In this document: in pieces, positions 58,694 to 64,000 of the stretch
How positions within the stretch are numbered: position 1 is the first letter of the stretch
Layout: each line of letters begins with the position of its first letter
NCBI GenBank assembly: GCA_017405225.1
Contig: JAFRAV010000010.1
Span: 1,862-65,861, forward strand
DNA from: Candidatus Saccharimonadota bacterium
GTDB taxonomy: Bacteria > Patescibacteriota > Saccharimonadia > Saccharimonadales > Saccharimonadaceae
DNA: 64,000 nt
Direction: 5' to 3'
Position numbers and translations under genes: made by a program
The notes under the pieces: model-generated
Databases searched by the model: none
What the model was told of the DNA's origin: nothing
The model's input: the letters and a program-made list of their open reading frames with translations, nothing else

Positions 58694-59026
58694 TTATTTG
58701 CGCGGTGAAGAAATGTTAGCAGGACGCCCATAGTCTGGAATGATGATGGGATGTTTCTTGCCATGATGGTCAAAAAGAGGAATCTGGAGCTCGTTTGCGA
58801 TGGTATTTACCACGCTTGCTCCAATCCTAAGCCCAGTAAAACTACCTGGCCCCGACATAAACGTAATTTCGCTGATGTCTTGCCAAGTGATGTTGTTTTC
58901 ATCAAGTTTGTCAGCAATAAATTGGTGAAGTTTCTCGGCCATATCGCGACCAAGCTCAGCCAAGTATTCTTTGTTGTCTAGTCGTAAAACACAGACTGGT
59001 GTAGAGGTGTCTAAATAGAGTTTCAT
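58694..59026 (-). CDS. tsaB: Short TsaB (t6A biosynthesis)
   Basis: LDTST, GPGSFTGLRIG; 110 aa; next to tsaE. Confidence 0.85.
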   Translation of the reverse strand: MKLYLDTSTPVCVLRLDNKEYLAELGRDMAEKLHQFIADKLDENNITWQDISEITFMSGPGSFTGLRIGASVVNTIANELQIPLFDHHGKKHPIIIPDYGRPANISSPRK

Positions 59027-59466
59027 TTGGTTTCCTTGATCGTGCGCGAACTATCGTCATTAATTGTAAAGTATAAAGTAATGCGGTCTTTTGGCAAAAC
59101 ATTTGCTACGGATTGGCCCCACTCAATTACAGTGACACTAAAAGGCGTAGCAATTATCTCTGCCAAATCTTCAGCCATCAGGCCAGGATCATCTAAGCGA
59201 TAAAAATCATAATGCGACAGTGTACCAGAATCATTCCCAACAGGGAAAAAGTAGCGCTTGCAAATGGTAAAACTAGGAGAAGTAACGGGGCCGTTGATAA
59301 TGCCAAGTCCCTCGGCGAGTCCCCTGGTAAAAGTGGTTTTGCCTGCACCTACATCGCCAACCAACTCAACAATAATCGGACAGTGATTTTTTGCCAATTG
59401 TTTAGCAAATTTCTGCCCGTATTCTTTTCCAATAGAAATCAAATCCGCTTCGCTGAAGAGGTTCAT
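59023..59466 (-). CDS. tsaE: TsaE ATPase (t6A biosynthesis)
   Basis: GDVGAGKTTF, VTSPSFT, HYDFYRL, IEW. Confidence 0.93.
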   Translation of the reverse strand: MNLFSEADLISIGKEYGQKFAKQLAKNHCPIIVELVGDVGAGKTTFTRGLAEGLGIINGPVTSPSFTICKRYFFPVGNDSGTLSHYDFYRLDDPGLMAEDLAEIIATPFSVTVIEWGQSVANVLPKDRITLYFTINDDSSRTIKETK

Positions 59467-59597
59467 AAACAGAGTGTATCATAAAACTGGCAAAATGTCA
59501 AGATGCTTATGCTTGAACTAATAATTGGATGTGTTTTTCTACTTGAAAATCTGCGGTAATAATCATATAATAGAAACATAAATATGGAGACTTATTA

Positions 59598-60569
59598 ATG
59601 GACAATAATATGCAACCATTCGCACCACAACCTTCGGCAAGGCCAGAGAATCCTGTGCCAAATTCTGCGCCAAATCCAGCATCAAATCCGGCAACTTCTG
59701 CCTCTCCCCAATTAGATCCACAGATTCCGCCCGCCATAGAAACTCCAGCCTATCAGCCTGCTCAGACAGCATCTTTGGACAATCAAGGTCAGCCAGTACT
59801 CAATAATACCGGCGTTAAATTAGAGTCTCCAATCTTAGCGCCTACTCATTTTGACGGAATGAAAGCTCCAGAGATACCTGCTTCTCCAGCTGGGCAGCCA
59901 CAAAGTCAAGAAATTGGCTCTAATGTTGCACCGCAACTTACTCCAGAACAGCAAAAAACTAAAATGTTTGTTGCTCTGTCAATTGTATTTGGCGCATTAG
60001 CATTTATCGGTATAGTACTTGGAATTTGGAGCCTGGTTTCTAATATAGATGTTTCTAACAAACTTAAAAACACCCAAGATCAACTAAAGATTGCTACAAA
60101 CATCATTAACAAAGTAGAACAGGATACAGGTGCTAATATTACATCCGTAGAAACTGTGCCAGATTATAATGCGGTATCTAATACTATTTATATCCCAGAG
60201 TGGAATATCAAGTTTAAGTTGCCAGAAGATTTAGAAAATGTTTCTTATATTGTAGACCAAAAATATCGCCCACAAATTTGCTTTACTGGACACAAGACTG
60301 GAATTAAGATTCTGCCAGGCTTTGCAGATATAGACCAGAATCCTAACGGGGTTGGTTGTGTTACTAGAGTTGCCACCGCAGAAGGCGACACCGACAAAAA
60401 CACTGGCAAGAGTTTTGGACAAAAAATCTTTACCTATGATGATTACAATTATTTCTATAATGCTCCAGAAGGACATTTCTCACAGGATGCTGCCGAGCAA
60501 GGCTTAGAAGAAACAGCGGTTCAGATTGTTAAAAACATGATAGCTAATAATATTGCACACTATCAATAA
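59598..60569 (+). CDS. Bitopic hypothetical protein (Pro/Gln-rich N-terminus, TM, coiled coil)
   Basis: PAPNPAS-type low complexity, one TM, IYIPEWNIKFKLP. Confidence 0.7.
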   Translation: MDNNMQPFAPQPSARPENPVPNSAPNPASNPATSASPQLDPQIPPAIETPAYQPAQTASLDNQGQPVLNNTGVKLESPILAPTHFDGMKAPEIPASPAGQPQSQEIGSNVAPQLTPEQQKTKMFVALSIVFGALAFIGIVLGIWSLVSNIDVSNKLKNTQDQLKIATNIINKVEQDTGANITSVETVPDYNAVSNTIYIPEWNIKFKLPEDLENVSYIVDQKYRPQICFTGHKTGIKILPGFADIDQNPNGVGCVTRVATAEGDTDKNTGKSFGQKIFTYDDYNYFYNAPEGHFSQDAAEQGLEETAVQIVKNMIANNIAHYQ

Positions 60570-60692
60570 AGCCTAGATGATCTTTTGGATTTGTAGTAGG
60601 TGTGATATAATATAGATGGAAATTTATTATATTTATATTATTTGTTAACCCGCTAATATCAGGAAAATATTAGCACATGAGAAAGGTATATT

Positions 60693-62210
60693 ATGGAGAT
60701 AGCCATAATTGTAATTGCTGCAATTGCCGGCATCGGAGCTGGGGCAGGTGCAGTTGCTGTTTATAATAAAAAGAATGAAAACGGTGGCAAGAACAGAGCA
60801 GACGATTTAGTTCGCAAAGCCAAAAATGAGGCTTCTGACATCGTATCAAAGGCCCGCAAAGAAGCTGCCGATATAGCAGAAAAAACTCAAAACGAGGAAA
60901 ACGAGCGCCGCAAAGAGTGGAAGCGCACAGAGAATCGTCTAGCCGAGCGCGAGACTGCCCTAGATGGTAAATTAGATCAAATAGAAAAGAAGACTGATCG
61001 TCTAGTCAAACAAGAGAAAGAGATGGAGAGCCTAAAGGGAGAAATCAAGGCTATCCGCGATAAGCAACATGAAAAATTAGAGAAAATCGCCGGCCTATCC
61101 AAAGAAGATGCTCGCGAGAAACTAATGAAGATGACGGAAAACGACATTAAGAATGATTTGACTGGCTTAGTAGCAAAAGAGCAAAAAGAAATCAAACATG
61201 ATGTAGACGAGACTGCCCAAGCAATTTTGCTAACTGCTATGGAGAGAATGAGCTCAGAAGTTACCGCAGACCGCACTATTACTGCACTTAAACTACCAGA
61301 TGATGAGATGAAGGGCCGTATTATTGGTAAAGAAGGTCGTAATATCCAGGCTTTGCAACGTGCAACGGGTGTAGATATTATGGTAGACGATACTCCTGGC
61401 ATGGTGGTATTGTCTAGCTTTGATCCAATTCGCCGCCAAGTAGCTCGTTATGCTTTGGAGCGCCTCATGAAAGATGGTCGCATCAATCCATCTAGCATTG
61501 AGGATGCTGTCGCAAAGGGAGAGAAAGAAATAGAAAAAGAAGTTGTTCGTGCTGGTGAGGATGCTGTGCGTGAAGTTGGTTTAGTAGGTATCCCACGCGA
61601 GTTGATTCACCTGCTAGGTGAGCTAAAATTCCGTACTAGCTATGGCCAAAACGTTTTACTTCACTCTGTAGAGATGGCACATATGGCTGGCATGATAGCA
61701 GAAGAAATTGGTGCTGACAAAAGAATTGCCAAGACTGCTACCTTGATGCACGATATGGGCAAAGCTGTTACTCATAAGATAGAGGGCAAACATGCCGATA
61801 TTGGTGCAGAACTTGCCAAAAAATATGGTATGCCAGATGAGGTAGTGCATGCAATTGCGGCTCATCACGACGACATTGAGGCTACCACCCCAGAAGCTAT
61901 CATTGTAAAGATTTGCGATGCTATTTCTGCAGCTCGCCCAGGCGCTCGCAACATTTCTGCCGAGAACTTTGCAGAACGTATGCGTGATTTAGAAAATATT
62001 GCCACCAGCTTTCCTGGCATTGACAAGGCTTACGCAATTTCTGCTGGTCGCGAGGTGCGCGTAATTGTAGAGCCAAAGCAGATAGATGATTTGACTGCAC
62101 TAAAACTTGCTCGTGATATTGCCGACAAGATTGAAGCTACTATGTCCTATCCTGGTATCATTAAAGTCAACGTGATTAGGGAAACTAGGGCTATAGAATA
62201 TGCAAAATAA
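60693..62210 (+). CDS. rny: Ribonuclease Y
   Basis: TM, coiled coil, KH (KGRIIGKEGRNI), HD domain (LMHDMGKA), SAARPGAR. Confidence 0.97.
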   Translation: MEIAIIVIAAIAGIGAGAGAVAVYNKKNENGGKNRADDLVRKAKNEASDIVSKARKEAADIAEKTQNEENERRKEWKRTENRLAERETALDGKLDQIEKKTDRLVKQEKEMESLKGEIKAIRDKQHEKLEKIAGLSKEDAREKLMKMTENDIKNDLTGLVAKEQKEIKHDVDETAQAILLTAMERMSSEVTADRTITALKLPDDEMKGRIIGKEGRNIQALQRATGVDIMVDDTPGMVVLSSFDPIRRQVARYALERLMKDGRINPSSIEDAVAKGEKEIEKEVVRAGEDAVREVGLVGIPRELIHLLGELKFRTSYGQNVLLHSVEMAHMAGMIAEEIGADKRIAKTATLMHDMGKAVTHKIEGKHADIGAELAKKYGMPDEVVHAIAAHHDDIEATTPEAIIVKICDAISAARPGARNISAENFAERMRDLENIATSFPGIDKAYAISAGREVRVIVEPKQIDDLTALKLARDIADKIEATMSYPGIIKVNVIRETRAIEYAK

Positions 62211-63003
62211 ACTGCCAAAACTATCTCATAAACAAAAAATTAAATACAGTATTATTGGCGTCATTATTTTGGCGCTAGTTGGATACATCATTTGGGATAT
62301 TATCGCCAAAGGACCGGTTACGCAGTTCTTCTCAGATAGAGACAGAATGATTGCTACAGTAAACGATTTGGGCCCGCTAGCTCCACTGGCTTATGTCCTA
62401 TTACAGATATCGCAGACGGTAATCGCTCCAATCCCAGGTAATTTAGTGGGTGGAATAGGTGGATTCCTATTTGGCTGGTGGGGGGTGCTATGGACTACGA
62501 TTGGCGCAACTGTTGGTGCTACGCTAGTATTCTGGATTTCTCGTAAATTTGGAAGAGGCTTTGTAGAAAAATACGTCAAAAAAGAATCATTAGATAAATT
62601 TGATTTTGTGCTAAGTAGCAAGAGAGTGTCGTTACTGCTATTTATAATTTTCTTGATTCCGGGCCTTCCTGACGACATCGTGTGCTATCTAGCAGGACTA
62701 ACAAAAGTTCCTCTAAAAAAACTAGTCCTTATCTTTGCAGTGGGGCGCTTGCCAGCAGTGATTGGTAATAATTATATCGGTATGGGACTAGGGAATGGGG
62801 ACTATGGCCTAGTAGCAGTATTATCTGTACTAGCTGTTTTGTTGCTAGCAGTTATCTACTGGCAACAGGATGCTATCATGAGCTTGTTGGGACGTCAGTA
62901 TAAAACCAAAGATCGTGGTAAAATTGTTCGTAAAGCCGTACAAGACTTTGCTGATGATAGCAAATTGAATAACTCCATTGCCAAGAAGAAGAAAAAGTCA
63001 TAA
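62200..63003 (+). CDS. VTT/DedA (TVP38/TMEM64) family protein
   Basis: QTVIAPIPG, GFLFG, FLIPGLPDDIVCYLAG. Confidence 0.9.
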   Translation: MQNKLPKLSHKQKIKYSIIGVIILALVGYIIWDIIAKGPVTQFFSDRDRMIATVNDLGPLAPLAYVLLQISQTVIAPIPGNLVGGIGGFLFGWWGVLWTTIGATVGATLVFWISRKFGRGFVEKYVKKESLDKFDFVLSSKRVSLLLFIIFLIPGLPDDIVCYLAGLTKVPLKKLVLIFAVGRLPAVIGNNYIGMGLGNGDYGLVAVLSVLAVLLLAVIYWQQDAIMSLLGRQYKTKDRGKIVRKAVQDFADDSKLNNSIAKKKKKS

Positions 63004-63012
63004 AATATAAGC

Positions 63013-63939
63013 ATGAGCAATCCAGATTTGCAATCAAGGAATCATAAAGAAAAACATAGTTCATACAAAATAACTCGTGTTGCCATGGCTTCAGTGCTGG
63101 TGGCTCTTTTGGCTTTTGCTGGATTTGCTACATTCTCCGTAAATGATATCGCTACCACTGTAGAAGACCACGTTCTTGCAAATGTAAACGGAGTTCCAGA
63201 GGCATGGACAAATTATTCTAAAGAATCTAAACTAGAAACAACTATTTCTTCTAGGATAGTCAACAATAGTTATATAGAATACACATTGGCTATCAAGAAT
63301 AACGACAATAGCCACTCTGCATCACTCACGCATTTATCATCTTATGTATCAAATGGCGATAAAAATGGTTTTATTTCCCTAAACGATGATTCATTAGAGT
63401 ACAGTTATTCTGACACGGAGTCTAAATCTTGGAATAATATGAATATTTTAGAGCCAAGCAACAAAGAAGATGGGTTTAAGCTAGAGAAAGATATTTATCT
63501 AGGTAAAGAGGGAACCACAACTGATACAGTCTACTTTAGGTATATTGTTTCGCCATCAGAAGAAGGCAAAATAAGCGATAAGGTATCTGTTTTGGCAAAG
63601 AGCGATTCTGGAAAAAATGAGGTAGCCACAGCAGAAAATGATATAGAATACAATAAACCAGACGAGGTACGCTTGGCTGCTGAGGCGGTTGTACGCGAAA
63701 ACCCAACTGTAGCAAGACAAGATCCAAATGACGAATCTGGAGAATATGCCAAGCCATTAGGCGTAGAATCCAATCCTAATTCTGGTGTTATATCCACATC
63801 GTCATTAGGCTCTGTATTTTTGTCACCAAATTCGTTTGCTGGGAATATTATTATCATACTAGGGATATTAGCAGTTTTTGTGGTCTGTCTTGCGGTTTAT
63901 CTAGTGGCTAGGAATCGTGGGAAAAAGGCCAAGAAATAA
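63013..63939 (+). CDS. Hypothetical surface protein with N- and C-terminal TMs
   Basis: Two hydrophobic anchors flanking an Ig-like beta-rich region. Confidence 0.65.
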   Translation: MSNPDLQSRNHKEKHSSYKITRVAMASVLVALLAFAGFATFSVNDIATTVEDHVLANVNGVPEAWTNYSKESKLETTISSRIVNNSYIEYTLAIKNNDNSHSASLTHLSSYVSNGDKNGFISLNDDSLEYSYSDTESKSWNNMNILEPSNKEDGFKLEKDIYLGKEGTTTDTVYFRYIVSPSEEGKISDKVSVLAKSDSGKNEVATAENDIEYNKPDEVRLAAEAVVRENPTVARQDPNDESGEYAKPLGVESNPNSGVISTSSLGSVFLSPNSFAGNIIIILGILAVFVVCLAVYLVARNRGKKAKK

Positions 63940-63940
63940 T

Positions 63941-63990
63941 ATGTGGTCTTCCCAGCCCAAATCATTCTCACTACAGTAATTTTAAGTCAT
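63941..63990 (+). repeat. Repeat R, copy 3 (continues past the window edge with different sequence)
   Basis: 49/50 identical to 50177-50226, then diverges (CTTGGTTACA versus ACAGGTTTAG). Confidence 0.93.
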
Positions 63991-64000
63991 CTTGGTTACA

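Noticed and set aside
60616-60648. Tiny ORF MEIYYIYIIC and hairpin GCTAATAT-CAGGAAA-ATATTAGC upstream of rny
   Set aside because: The ATG is only 4 nt from the -10 box, probably upstream of or at the TSS. The hairpin could be a 5' UTR stabiliser, but nothing more is supportable.
288-63857. Numerous 60-140 aa antisense or nested ORFs in the track (for example 4279-4692, 7455-7868, 45559-45975, 51061-51561, 60977-61402)
   Set aside because: They lie fully opposite well-supported genes, show no family motifs or promoter context, and are typical shadow ORFs.
1-64000. Alternative genetic code (TGA readthrough) suggested by the TGA at the cassette Cys position
   Set aside because: Conserved genes here end normally at TGA (for example 3299-5902 and 21746-22729) and have no in-frame TGA, consistent with code 11.

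Overview
AT-rich bacterial chromosome segment. Gene content and protein style point to Candidatus Saccharibacteria (TM7, Patescibacteria), probably from a gut or rumen habitat; this is inference, as no rRNA or marker search was possible. The left half (about 5.9-28 kb) is a surface-glycan locus with rmlACBD, wzm/wzt, galE, an initiating phosphoglycosyltransferase, many GT2/GT4/GT-C enzymes, GtrA/GtrB and an O-antigen-ligase-like protein. It is preceded by a LexA-half/SufS-like/thioredoxin-like operon and a secreted four-ricin-domain protein. The middle holds murC, a Bifidobacterium-type bile salt hydrolase, a type IV minor-pilin cluster with a 1191-aa secreted protein, and two CAU tRNAs. The right half holds dnaK and dnaJ (both with CIRCE), ackA, tRNA-Arg(UCG), a membrane-anchored Clp-type ATPase, pilB, tsaB/tsaE and rny. 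The most unusual structure is the 676-bp ackA-dnaJ intergenic region. It contains a 558-bp element bounded by 74-bp inverted repeats, with an internal ~174-bp palindrome and a start-less, adenine-depleted coding cassette resembling the variable C-terminus of a FISUMP/C-type-lectin-fold DGR target. A further copy of the repeat begins at 63941. No reverse transcriptase, recombinase or transposase is encoded in this window.
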